A DNA stretch of 64,000 nt from assembly GCF_009914755.1 (NCBI RefSeq), contig NC_060925.1; one strand, written 5' to 3'. A program made the position numbers and the translations under genes. The notes beneath the pieces are model-generated. The model had not been told where the DNA came from. It saw only the letters and a program-made list of their open reading frames with translations, and made no database searches. Below are positions 11,745 to 26,477 of this stretch, piece after piece; position 1 is the first letter of the stretch, and every line of letters begins with the position of its first letter. The stretch is from the human T2T-CHM13v2.0 reference genome, Homo sapiens.

Positions 11745-14700
11745 ATGGAATCGTCATCGAATGAATTGAATGCAATCATCGAATGGTCTCGAATGGAATC
11801 ATCTTCTAATGGAAAGGAATGGAATCATCGCATAGAATCGAATGGAATTATCATCGAATGGAATCGAATGGTATCAACACCAAACGGAAAAAAACGGAAT
11901 TATCGAATGGAATCGAAGAGAATCTTCGAACGGACCCGAATGGAATCATCTAATGGAATGGAATGGAATAATCCATGGACTCGAATGCAATCATCATCGA
12001 ATGGAATCGAATGGAATCATCGAATGGACTCGAATGGAATAATCATTGAACGGAATCGATTGGAATCATCATCGGATGGAAACGAATGGAATCATCATCG
12101 AATGGAAATGAAAGGAGTCATCATCTAATGGAATTGCATGGAATCATCATAAAATGGAATCGAATGGAATCAACATCAAATGGAATCAAATGGAATCATT
12201 GAACGGAATTGAATGGAATCGTCATCGAATGAATTGACTGCAATCATCCAATGGTCTCGAATGGAATCATCTTCAAATGGAATGGAATGGAATCATCGCA
12301 TAGAATCGAATGGAATTATCATCGAATGGAATCGAATGGAATCAACATCCAACGGAAAAAAACGGAATTATCGAATGGAATCGAAGAGAATCATCGAATG
12401 GACCCGAATGGAATCATCTAATGGAATGGAATGGAATAATCCATGGACTCGAATGCAATCATCATCGAATGGAATCGAATGGAATCATCGAATGGACTCG
12501 TATGGAATAATCATTGAACGGAATCGAATGGAATCATCATCGGATGGAAATGAATGGAATCATCATCGAATGGAATCGAATAGAATTATGGAATGAAATC
12601 CAGTGTGATCATCATCGAATGGACCCGAATGGAATCATCATCCAACGGAAGCTAATGGAATCAACATCGAATGAATCAAATGGAAACACCATCGAATTGA
12701 AACGAATGGAATTATCATGAAATTGAAATGGATGGACTCATCATCGAATGGATTAATGGAATCATCGAATAAAATTGATTGAAATCATCATCGAATGGAA
12801 TCGAATGGTATCATTGAATGGAATCGAATGCAATCATCATCAGATGGAAATGAATGGAATCGTCATAGAATGGAATCGAATGGATTCATTGAATGGAATC
12901 AGATGGAATCATCGAATGGACTGGAATGGAATCATTGAATGGACTCGAAAGGGATCATGATTGAATGGAATTGAATGGAATCATCGAATGGTCTCGATTG
13001 GAATCATTATCAAATGGAATCGAATGGAATCACCGAATAGAATCGAATGGAACAATCATCGAATGGACTCAAATGGAATTATCCTCCAATGGAATCGAAT
13101 GGAATTATCGAATGCAATCGAATGGAATTATCGAATGCAATCGAATAGAATCATCGAATGGACTCGAATGGAATCATCGAATGGAATGGAATGGAACAGT
13201 CAATGAACTCGAATGGAATCATCATTGAATGGAATCGAATGGAATCATCGAGTGGAATCGAATGGAATTATGATCAAATGGAATCGAATGTAATCATCAT
13301 CAAATGGAATCAAAAATAACCATCATCAATTGGTATTGAATGGAATTGTCATCAAATGGAATTCAAAGGAATCATCATCAAATGGAACCGAATGGAATCC
13401 TCATTGAATGGAAATGAAAGGGGTCATCATCTAATGGAATCGCATGGAATCATCATCAAATGGAATCGAATGGAATCATCATCAAATGGAATCTAATGGA
13501 ATCATTGAACAGAATTGAATGGAATCGTCATCGAATGAATTGAATGCAATCATCGAATGGTCTCGAATGGAATCATCTTCTAATGGAAAGGAATGGAATC
13601 ATCGCATAGAATCGAATGGAATTATCATCGAATGGAATCGAATGGTATCAACACCAAACGGAAAAAAACGGAATTATCGAATGGAATCGAAGAGAATCTT
13701 CGAACGGACCCGAATGGAATCATCTAATGGAATGGAATGGAATAATCCATGGACTCGAATGCAATCATCATCGAATGGAATCGAATGGAATCATCGAATG
13801 GACTCGAATGGAATAATCATTGAACGGAATCGATTGGAATCATCATCGGATGGAAACGAATGGAATCATCATCGAATGGAAATGAAAGGAGTCATCATCT
13901 AATGGAATTGCATGGAATCATCATAAAATGGAATCGAATGGAATCAACATCAAATGGAATCAAATGGAATCATTGAACGGAATTGAATGGAATCGTCATC
14001 GAATGAATTGACTGCAATCATCCAATGGTCTCGAATGGAATCATCTTCAAATGGAATGGAATGGAATCATCGCATAGAATCGAATGGAATTATCATCGAA
14101 TGGAATCGAAGGGAATCAACATCCAACGGAAAAAAACGGAATTATCGAATGGAATCGAAGAGAATCATCGAATGGACCCGAATGGAATCATGTAATGGAA
14201 TGGAATGGAATAATCCATGGACTCGAATGCAATCATCATCGAATGGAATCGAATGGAATCATCGAATGGACTCGAATGGAATAATCATTGAACGGAATCG
14301 AATGGAATCATCATCGGATGGAAATGAATGGAATCATCATCGAATGGAATCGAATAGAATTATGGAATGAAATCCAGTGTGATCATCATCGAATGGACCC
14401 GAATGGAATCATCATCCAACGGAAGCTAATGGAATCAACATCGAATGAATCAAATGGAAACACCATCGAATTGAAACGAATGGAATTATCATGAAATTGA
14501 AATGGATGGACTCATCATCGAATGGATTCGAATGGAATCATCGAATAAAATTGATTGAAATCATCATCGAATGGAATCGAATGGTATCATTGAATGGAAT
14601 CGAATGGAATCATCATCAGATGGAAATGAATGGAATCGTCATAGAATGGAATCGAATGGTTTCATTGAATGGAATCAGATGGAATCATCGAATGGACTGG

Positions 14701-15294
14701 AATGGAATCATTGAATGGACTCGATAGGGATCATTATTGAATGGAATTGAATGGAATCATCGAATGGTCTCGATTGGAATCATTATCAAATGGAATCGAA
14801 TGGAATCACCGAATAGAATCGAATGGAACAATCATCGAATGGACTCAAATGGAATTATCCTCAAATGGAATCGAATGGAATTATCGAATGCAATCGAATG
14901 GAATTATCGAATGCAATCGAATAGAATCATCGAATGGACTCGAATGGAATCATCGAATGGAATGGAATGGAACAGTCAATGAACTCGAATGGAATCATCA
15001 TTGAATGGAATCGAATGGAATCATCGAGTGGAATCGAATGGAATTATGATCAAATGGAATCGAATGTAATCATCATCAAATGGAATCAAAAATAACCATC
15101 ATCAATTGGTATTGAATGGAATTGTCATCAAATGGAATTCAAAGGAATCATCATCAAATGGAACCGAATGGAATCCTCATTGAATGGAAATGAAAGGGGT
15201 CATCATCTAATGGAATCGCATGGAATCATCATAAAATGGAATCGAATGGAATCAACATCAAATGGAATCAAATGGAATCATTGAACGGAATTGA

Positions 15295-15889
15295 ATGGAA
15301 TCGTCATCGAATGAATTGGATGCAATCATCGAATGGTCTCGAATGGAATCTTCTTCAAATGGAATGGAATGGAATCATCGCATAGAATCGAATGGAATTA
15401 TCATCGAATGGAATCGAATGGAATCAACATCAAACGGAAAAAAACGGAATTATCGAATGGAATCGAAGAGAATCATCGAATGGTCCCGAATGGAATCATC
15501 TAATGGAATGGAATGGAATAATCCATGGACTCGAATGCAATCATCATCAAATGGAATCGAATGGAATCATCGAATGAACTCGAATGAAATCATCATTGAA
15601 TGGAATCGAATGGAATCATCGAGTGGAATCGAATGGAATTATGATCAAATGGAATCGAATGTAATCATCATCAAATGGAATCAAAAATAACCATCATCAA
15701 TTGGTATTCAATGGAATTGTCATCAAATGGAATTCAAAGGAATCATCATCAAATGGAACCGAATGGAATCCTCATTGAATGGAAATGAAAGGGGTCATCA
15801 TCTAATGGAATCACATGGAATCATCATCAAATGGAATCGAATGGAATCTTCATCAAATGGAATCTAATGGAATCATTGAACAGAATTGA
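15295..15889 (+). repeat. 595 bp unit (both -468 and -713)
   Basis: B-type linker at ~15230, a single subunit and the 713 bp deletion junction at ~15571. 1776-468-713=595. Confidence 0.9.
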
Positions 15890-17174
15890 ATGGAATCGTC
15901 ATCGAATGAATTGAATGCAATCATCGAATGGCCTCGAATGGAATCATCTTCTAATGGAAAGGAATGGAAACATCGCATAGAATCGAATGGAATTATCATC
16001 GAATGGTATCGAATGGTATCAACACCAAACGGAAAAAAACGGAATTATCGAAAGGAATCGAAGAGAATCTTCGAACGGACCCGAATGGAATCATCTAATG
16101 GAATGGAATGGAATAATCCATGGACTCGAATGCAATCATCATCGAATGGAATCGAATGGAATCATCGAATGGACTCGAATGGAATAATCATTGAACGGAA
16201 TCGAATGGAATCATCATCGGATGGAAATGAATGGAATCATCATCGAATGGAATCGAATAGAATTATGGAATGAAATCCAGTGTGATCATCATCGAATGGA
16301 CCCGAATGGAATCATCATCCAACAGAAGCTAATGGAATCAACATCGAATGAATCGAATGGAAACACCATCGAATTCAAACGAATGGAATTACCATGAAAT
16401 TGAAATGGATGGACTCATCATCGAATGGATTCGGATGGAATCATCGAATAAAATTGATTGAAATCATCATCGAATGAAATCGAATGGTATCATTGAATGG
16501 AATCGAATGGAATCATCATCAGATGGAAATGAATGGAATCGTCATAGAATGGAATCGAATGGATTCATTGAATGGAATCAGATGGAATCATCGAATGGAC
16601 TGGAATGGAATCATTGAATGGACTCGAAAGGGATCATGATTGAATGGAATTGAATGGAATCATCGAATGGTCTCGATTGGAATCATTATTAAATGGAATC
16701 GAATGGAATCACCGAATAGAATCGAATGGAACAATCATCGAATGGACTCAAATGGAATTATCCTTAAATGGAATCGAATGGAATTATCGAATGCAATCGA
16801 ATAGAATCATCGAATGGACTCGAATGGAATCATCGAATGGAATGGAATGGAACAGTCAATGAACTCGAATGGAATCATCATTGAATGGAATCGAATGGAA
16901 TCATCGAGTGGAATCGAATGGAATTATGATCAAATGGAATCGAATCTAATCATCATCAAATGGAATCAAAAATAACCATCATCAATTGGTATTGAATGGA
17001 ATTGTCATCAAATGGAATTCAAAGGAATCATCATCAAATGGAACCGAATGGAATCCTCATTGAATGGAAATGAAAGGGGTCATCATCTAATGGAATCGCA
17101 TGGAATCATCATCAAATGGAATCGAATGGAATCATCATCAAATGGAATCTAATGGAATCATTGAACAGAATTGA
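15890..17174 (+). repeat. 1285 bp unit (1308 type lacking one 23 bp tandem copy)
   Basis: Only one GAATGGAATTATCGAATGCAATC at ~16776-16798 where other units have two. Confidence 0.9.
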
Positions 17175-19373
17175 ATGGAATCGTCATCGAATGAATTGAA
17201 TGCAATCATCGAATGGTCTCGAATGGAATCATCTTCTAATGGAAAGGAATGGAATCATCGCTTAGAATCGAATGGAATTATCATCGAATGGAATCGAATG
17301 GTATCAACACCAAACGGAAAAAAACGGAATTATCGAATGGAATCGAAGAGAATCTTCGAACGGACCCGAATGGAATCATCTAATGGAATGGAATGGAATA
17401 ATCTATGGACTCGAATGCAATCATCATCGAATGGAATCGAATGGAATCATCGAATGGACTCGAATGGAATAATCATTGAACGGAATCGAATGGAATCATC
17501 ATCGGATGGAAACGAATGGAATCATCATCGAATGGAAATGAAAGGAGTCATCATCTAATGGAATTGCATGGAATCATCATAAAATGGAATCGAATGGAAT
17601 CAACATCAAATGGAATCAAATGGAATCATTGAACGGAATTGAATGGAATCGTCATCGAATGAATTGAATGCAATCATCGAATGGTCTCGAATGGAATCAT
17701 CTTCAAATGGAATGGAATGGAATCATCGCATAGAATCGAATGGAATTATCATCGAATGGAATCGAATGGAATCAACATCGGATGGAAACGAATGGAATCA
17801 TCATCGAATGGAAATGAAAGGAGTCATCATCTAATGGAATTGCATGGAATCATCATAAAATGGAATCGAATGGAATCATCATCAAATGGAATCTAATGGA
17901 ATCATTGAACAGAATTGAATGGAATCGTCATCGAATGAATTGACTGCAATCATCGAATGGTCTCGAATGTAATCACATTCTAATGGAAAGGAATGGAATC
18001 ATCGCATAGAATCGAATGGAATTAACATTGAATGGACTCGAATGGAATCAACATCAAACGGAATCAAGCGGAATTATCGAATGGAATCGAAGAGAATCAT
18101 CGAATGGTCTCGAATGGAATCATCTTCAAATGGAATGGAATGGAATCATCGCATAGAATCGAATGGAATTATCATCGAATGGAATCGAATGGAATCAACA
18201 TCAAACGGAAAAAAACGGAATTATCGAATGGAATCGAAGAGAATCATCGAATGGACCCGAATGGAATCATCTAATGGAATGGAATGGAATAATCCATGGA
18301 CTCGAATGCAATCATCATCGAATGGAATCGAATGGAATCATCGAATGGACTCGAATGGAATAATCATTGAACGGAATCGAATGGAATAATCATCGGATGG
18401 AAATGAATGGAATCATCATCGAATGGAATCGAATAGAATTATGGAATGAAATCCAGTGTGATCATCATCGAATGGACCCGAATGGAATCATCATCCAACG
18501 GAAGCTAATGGAATCAACATCGAATGAATCGAATGGAAACACCATCGAATTGAAACGAATGGAATTATCATGAAATTGAAATGGATGGACTCATCATCGG
18601 ATGGATTCGAATGGAATCATCGAATAAAATTGATTGAAATCATCATCCAATGGAATCGAATGGTATCATTGAATGGAATCGAATGGAATCATCATCAGAT
18701 GGAAATGAATGGAATCGTCATAGAATGGAATCGAATGGATTCATTGAATGGAATCAGATGGAATCATCGAATGGACTGGAATGGAATCATTGAATGGACT
18801 CGAAAGGGATCATGATTGAATGGAATTGAATGGAATCATCGAATGGTCTCGATTGGAATCATTATCAAATGGAATCGAATGGAATCACCGAATAGAATCG
18901 AATGGAACAATCATCGAATGGACTCAAATGGAATTATCCTCAAATGGAATCGAATGGAATTATCGAATGCAATCGAATGGAATTATCGAATGCAATCGAA
19001 TAGAATCATCGAATGGACTCGAATGGAATCATCGAATGGAATGGAATGGAACAGTCAATGAACTCGAATGGAATCATCATTGAATGGAATCGAATGGAAT
19101 CATCGAGTGGAATCGAATGGAATTATGATCAAATGCAATCGAATGTAATCCTCATCAAATGGAATCAAAAATAACCATCATCAATTGGTATTGAATGGAA
19201 TTGTCATCAAATGGAATTCAAAGGAATCATCATCAAATGGAACCGAATGGAATCCTCATTGAATGGAAATGAAAGGGGTCATCATCTAATGGAATCGCAT
19301 GGAATCATCATCAAATGGAATCGAATGGAATCATCATCAAATGGAATCTAATGGAATCATTGAACAGAATTGA
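17175..19373 (+). repeat. 2199 bp complex unit (468+276+147+1308)
   Basis: Anchors at 17175, 17643 and 17919. 192 bp deletion junction at ~17779. 147 bp divergent block at 17961-18107. Confidence 0.88.
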
Positions 19374-22300
19374 ATGGAATCGTCATCGAATGAATTGAAT
19401 GCAATCATCGAATGGTCTCGAATGGAATCATCTTCTAATGGAAAGGAATGGAATCATCGCATAGAATCGAATGGAATTATCATCGAATGGAATCGAATGG
19501 TATCAACACCAAACGGAAAAAAACGGAATTATCGAATGGAATCGAAGAGAATCTTCGAACGGACCCGAATGGAATCATCTAATGGAATGGAATGGAATAA
19601 TCCATGGACTCGAATGCAATCATCATCGAATGGAATCGAATGGAATCATCGAATGGACTCGAATGGAATAATCATTGAACGGAATCGAATGGAATCATCA
19701 TCGGATGGAAACGAATGGAATCATCATCGAATGGAAATGAAAGGAGTCATCATCTAATGGAATTGCATGGAATCATCATAAAATGGAATCGAATGGAATC
19801 AACATCAAATGGAATCAAATGGAATCATTGAACGGAATTGAATGGAATCGTCATCGAATGAATTGACTGCAATCATCGAATGGTCTCGAATGGAATCATC
19901 TTCAAATGGAATGGAATGGAATCATCGCATACAATCGAATGGAATTATCATCGAATGGAATCGAATGGAATCAACATCCAACGGAAAAAAACGGAATTAT
20001 CGAATGGAATCGAAGAGAATCATCGAATGGACCCGAATGGAATCATCTAATGGAATGGAATGGAATAATCCATGGACTCGAATGCAATCATCATCGAATG
20101 GAATCGAATGGAATCATCGAATGGACTCGAATGGAATAATCATTGAACGGAATCGAATGGAATCGTCATCGGATGGAAATGAATGGAATCATCATCGAAT
20201 GGAATCGAATAGAATTATGGAATGAAATCCAGTGTGATCATCATCGAATGGACCCGAATGGAATCATCATCCAACGGAAGCTAATGGAATCAACATCGAA
20301 TGAATCGAATGGAAACACCATCGAATTGAAACGAATGGAATTACCATGAAATTGAAATGGATGGACTCATCATCGAATGGATTCGAATGGAATCATCGAA
20401 TAAAATTGATTGAAATCATCATCGAATGGTATCGAATGGTATCATTGAATGGAATCGAATGGAATCATCCTCAGATGGAAATGAATGGAATCGTCATAGA
20501 ATGGAATCGAATGGATTCATTGAATGGAATCAGATGGAATCATCGAATGGACTGGAATGGAATCATTGAATGGACTCGAAAGGGATCATGATTGAATGGA
20601 ATTGAATGGAATCATCGAATGGTCTCGATTGGAATCATTATCAAATGGAATCGAATGGAATCACCGAATAGAATCGAATGGAACAATCATCGAATGGACT
20701 CAAATGGAATTATCCTCAAATGGAATCGAATGGAATTATCGAATGCAATCGAATGGAATTATCGAATGCAATCGAATAGAATCATCGAATGGACTCGAAT
20801 GGAATCATCGAATGGAATGGAATGGAACAGTCAATGAACTCGAATGGAATCATCATTGAATGGAATCGAATGGAATCATCGAGTGGAATCGAATGGAATT
20901 ATGATCAAATGCAATCGAATGTAATCATCATCAAATGGAATCAAAAATAACCATCATCAATTGGTATTGAATGGAATTGTCATCAAATGGAATTCAAAGG
21001 AATCATCATCAAATGGAACCGAATGGAATCCTCATTGAATGGAAATGAAAGGGGTCATCATCTAATGGAATCGCATGGAATCATCATAAAATGGAATCGA
21101 ATGGAATCAACATCAAATGGAATCAAATGGAATCATTGAACGGAATTGAATGGAATCGTCATCGAATGAATTGGATGCAATCATCGAATGGTCTCGAATG
21201 GAATCTTCTTCAAATGGAATGGAATGGAATCATCGCATAGAATCGAATGGAATTATCATCAAATGGAATCGAATGGAATCAACATCAAACGGAAAAAAAC
21301 GGAATTATCGAATGGAACCGAAGAGAATCATCGAATGGACCCGAATGGAATCATCTAATAGAATGGAATGGAATAATCCATGGACTCGAATGCAATCATC
21401 ATCGAATGGAATCGAATGGAATCATCGAATGGACTCGAATGGAATAATCATTGAACGGAATCGATTGGAATCATCATCGGATGGAAACGAATGGAATCAT
21501 CATCGAATGGAAATGAAAGGAGTCATCATCTAATGGAATTGCATGGAATCATCATAAAATGGAATCGAATGGAATCAACATCAAATGGAATCAAATGGAA
21601 TCATTGAACGGAATTGAATGGAATCGTCATCGAATGAATTGACTGCAATCATCCAATGGTCTCGAATGGAATCATCTTCAAATGGAATGGAATGGAATCA
21701 TCGCATAGAAGCGAATGGAATTATCATCGAATGGAATCGAATGGAATCAACATCCAACGGAAAAAAACGGAATTATCGAATGGAATCGAAGAGAATCATC
21801 GAATGGACCCGAATGGAATCATCTAATGGAATGGAATGGAATAATCCATGGACTCGAATGCAATCATCATCGAATGGAATCGAATGGAATCATCGAATGG
21901 ACTCGAATGGAATAATCATTGAACGGAATCGAATGGAATCATCATCGGATGGAAATGAATGGAATCATCATCGAATGGAATCGAATAGAATTATGGAATG
22001 AAATCCAGTGTGATCATCATCGAATGGACCCGAATGGAATCATCATCCAACGGAAGCTAATGGAATCAACATCGAATGAATCAAATGGAAACACCATCGA
22101 ATTGAAACGAATGGAATTATCATGAAATTGAAATGGATGGACTCATCATCGAATGGATTCGAAAGGAATCATCGAATAAAATTGATTGAAATCATCATCG
22201 AATGGAATCGAATGGTATCATTGAATGGAATCGAATGGAATCATCATCAGATGGAAATGAATGGAATCGTCATAGAATGGAATCGAATGGATTCATTGAA

Positions 22301-25300
22301 TGGAATCAGATGGAATCATCGAATGGACTGGAATGGAATCATTGAATGGACTCGAAAGGGATCATGATTGAATGGAATTGAATGGAATCATCGAATGGTC
22401 TCGATTGGAATCATTATCAAATGGAATCGAATGGAATCACCGAATAGAATCGAATGGAACAATCATCGAATGGACTCAAATGGAATTATCCTCCAATGGA
22501 ATCGAATGGAATTATCGAATGCAATCGAATGGAATTATCGAATGCAATCGAATAGAATCATCGAATGGACTCGAATGGAATCATCGAATGGAATGGAATG
22601 GAACAGTCAATGAACTCGAATGGAATCATCATTGAATGGAATCGAATGGAATCATCGAGTGGAATCGAATGGAATTATGATCAAATGGAATCGAATGTAA
22701 TCATCATCAAATGGAATCAAAAATAACCATCATCAATTGGTATTGAATGGAATTGTCATCAAATGGAATTCAAAGGAATCAATATCAAATGGAACCGAAT
22801 GGAATCCTCATTGAATGGAAATGAAAGGGGTCATCATCTAATGGAATCGCATGGAATCATCATCAAATGGAATCGAATGGAATCATCATCAAATGGAATC
22901 TAATGGAATCATTGAACAGAATTGAATGGAATCGTCATCGAATGAATTGAATGCAATCATCGAATGGTCTCGAATGGAATCATCTTCTAATGGAAAGGAA
23001 TGGAATCATCGCATAGAATCGAATGGAATTATCATCGAATGGAATCGAATGGTATCAACACCAAACGGAAAAAAACGGAATTATCGAATGGAATCGAAGA
23101 GAATCTTCGAACGGACCCGAATGGAATCATCTAATGGAATGGAATGGAATAATCCATGGACTCGAATGCAATCATCATCGAATGGAATCGAATGGAACCA
23201 TCGAATGGACTCGAATGGAATAATCATTGAACGGAATCGAATGGAATCATCATCGGATGGAAACGAATGGAATCATCATCGAATGGAAATGAAAGGAGTC
23301 ATCATCTAATGGAATTGCATGGAATCATCATAAAATGGAATCGAATGGAATCAACATCAAATGGAATCAAATGGAATCATTGAACGGAATTGAATGGAAT
23401 CGTCATCGAATGAATTGACTGCAATCATCCAATGGTCTCGAATGGAATCATCTTCAAATGGAATGGAATGGAATCATCGCATAGAATCGAATGGAATTAT
23501 CATCGAATGGAATCGAATGGAATCAACATCAAACGGAAAAAAACGGAATTATCGAATGGAATCGAAGAGAATCATCGAATGGACCCGAATGGAATCATCT
23601 AATGGAATGGAATGGAATAATCCATGGACTCGAATGCAATCATCATCGAATGGAATCGAATGGAATCATCGAATGGACTCGAATGGAATAATCATTGAAC
23701 GGAATCGAATGGAATCATCATCGGATGGAAATGAATGGAATCATCATCGAATGGAATCGAATAGAATTATGGAATGAAATCCAGTGTGATCATCATCGAA
23801 TGGACCCGAATGGAATCATCATCCAACGGAAGCTAATGGAATCAACATCGAATGAATCGAATGGAAACACCATCGAATTGAAACGAATGGAATTATCATG
23901 AAATTGAAATAGATGGACTCATCATCGAATGGATTCGAATGGAATCATCGAATAAAATTGATTGAAATCATCATCGAATGGAATCGAATGGTATCATTGA
24001 ATGGAATCGAATGGAATCATCAATAGATGGAAATGAATGGAATCGTCATAGAATGGAATCGAATGGATTCATTGAATGGAATCAGATGGAATCATCGAAT
24101 GGACTGGAATGGAATCATTGAATGGACTCGAAAGGGATCATGATTGAATGGAATTGAATGGAATCATCGAATGGTCTCGATTGGAATCATTATCAAATGG
24201 AATCGAATGGAATCACCGAATAGAATCGAATGGAACAATCATCGAATGGACTCAAATGGAATTATCCTCAAATGGAATCGAATGGAATTATCGAATGCAA
24301 TCGAATGGAATTTTCGAATGCAATCGAATAGAATCATCGAATGGACTCGAATGGAATCATCGAATGGAATGGAATGGAACAGTCAATGAACACGAATGGA
24401 ATCATCATTGAATGGAATCGAATGGAATCATCGAGTGGAATCGAATTGAATTATGATCAAATGGAATCGAATGTAATCATCATCAAATGGAATCAAAAAT
24501 AACCATCATCAATTGCTATTGAATGGAATTGTCATCAAATGGAATTCAAAGGAATCATCATCAAATGGAACCGAATGGAATCCTCATTGAATGGAAATGA
24601 AAGGGGTCATCATCTAATGGAATCGCATGGAATCATCATCAAATGGAATCAAATGGAATCATCATCAAATGGAATCTAATGGAATCATTGAACAGAATTG
24701 AATGGAATCGTCATCGAATGAATTGAATGCAATCATCGAATGGTCTCGAATGGAATCATCTTCTAATGGAAAGGAATGGAATCATCGCATAGAATCGAAT
24801 GGAATTATCATCGAATGGAATCGAATGGTATCAACACCAAACGGAAAAAAACGGAATTATCGAATGGAATCGAAGAGAATCTTCGAACGGACCCGAATGG
24901 AATCATCTAATGGAATGGAATGGAATAATCCATGGACTCGAATGCAATCATCATCGAATGGAATCGAATGGAATCATCGAATGGACTCGAATGGAATAAT
25001 CATTGAACGGAATCGAATGGAATCATCATCGGATGGAAACGAATGGAATCATCATCGAATGGAAATGAAAGGAGTCATCATCTAATGCAATTGCATGGAA
25101 TCATCATCAAATGGAATCGAATGGAATCAACATCAAATGGAATCTAATGGAATCATTGAACAGAATTGAATGGAATCGTCATCGAATGAATTGACTGCAA
25201 TCATCGAATGGTCTCGAATGGAATCATCTTCAAATGGAATGGAATGGAATCATCGCATAGAATCGAATGGAATTATCATCGAATGGAATCGAATGGAATC

Positions 25301-26477
25301 AACATCAAACGGAAATAAACAGAATTATCGAATGGAATCGAAGAGAATCATCGCATGGACCCGAATGGAATCATCTAATGGAATGGAATGGAATAATCCA
25401 TGGACTCGAATGCAATCATCATCGAATGGAATCGAATGGAATCATCGAGTGGACTCGAATGGAATAATCATTGAACGGAATCGAATGGAATCATCATCGG
25501 ATGGAAATGAATGGAATCATCATCGAATGGAATCGAATAGAATTATGGAATGAAATCCAGTGTGATCATCATCGAATGGACCCGAATGGAATCATCATCC
25601 AACGGAAGCTAATGGAATCAACATCGAATGAATCAAATGGAAACACCATCGAATTGAAACGAATGGAATTATCATGAAATTGAAATGGATGGACTCATCA
25701 TCGAATGGATTCGAATGGAATCATCGAATAAAATTGATTGAAATCATCATCGAATGGAATCGAATGGTATCATTGAATGGAATCGAATGGAATCATCATC
25801 AGATGGAAATGAATGGAATCGTCATAGAATGGAATCGAATGGATTCATTGAATGGAATCAGATGGAATCATCGAATGGACTGGAATGGAATCATTGAATG
25901 GACTCGAAAGGGATCATGATTGAATGGAATTGAATGGAATCATCGAATGGTCTCGATTGGAATCATTATCAAATGGAATCGAATGGAATCACCGAATAGA
26001 ATCGAATGGAACAATCATCGAATGGACTCAAATGGAATTATCCTCAAATGGAATCGAATGGAATTATCGAATGCAATCTAATGGAATTATCGAATGCAAT
26101 CGAATAGAATCATCGAATGGACTCGAATGGAATCATCGAATGGAATGGAATGGAACAGTCAATGAACTCGAATGGAATCATCATTGAATGGAATCGAATG
26201 GAATCATCGAGTGGAATCGAATGGAATTATGATCAAATGCAATCGAATGTAATCCTCATCAAATGGAATCAAAAATAACCATCATCAATTGGTATTGAAT
26301 GGAATTGTCATCAAATGGAATTCAAAGGAATCATCATCAAATGGAACCGAATGGAATCCTCATTGAATGGAAATGAAAGGGGTCATCATCTAATGGAATC
26401 GCATGGAATCATCATCAAATGGAATCGAATGGAATCATCATCAAATGGAATCTAATGGAATCATTGAACAGAATTGA

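Noticed and set aside
17961-18107. 147 bp duplication equals the nucleosome core length
   Set aside because: The length is explained by the spacing of two homologous ATCATCGAATGG(T/A)C(T/C)CGAATGGAATCATCT motifs within the subunit. It appears to have a single origin, so coincidence is sufficient.
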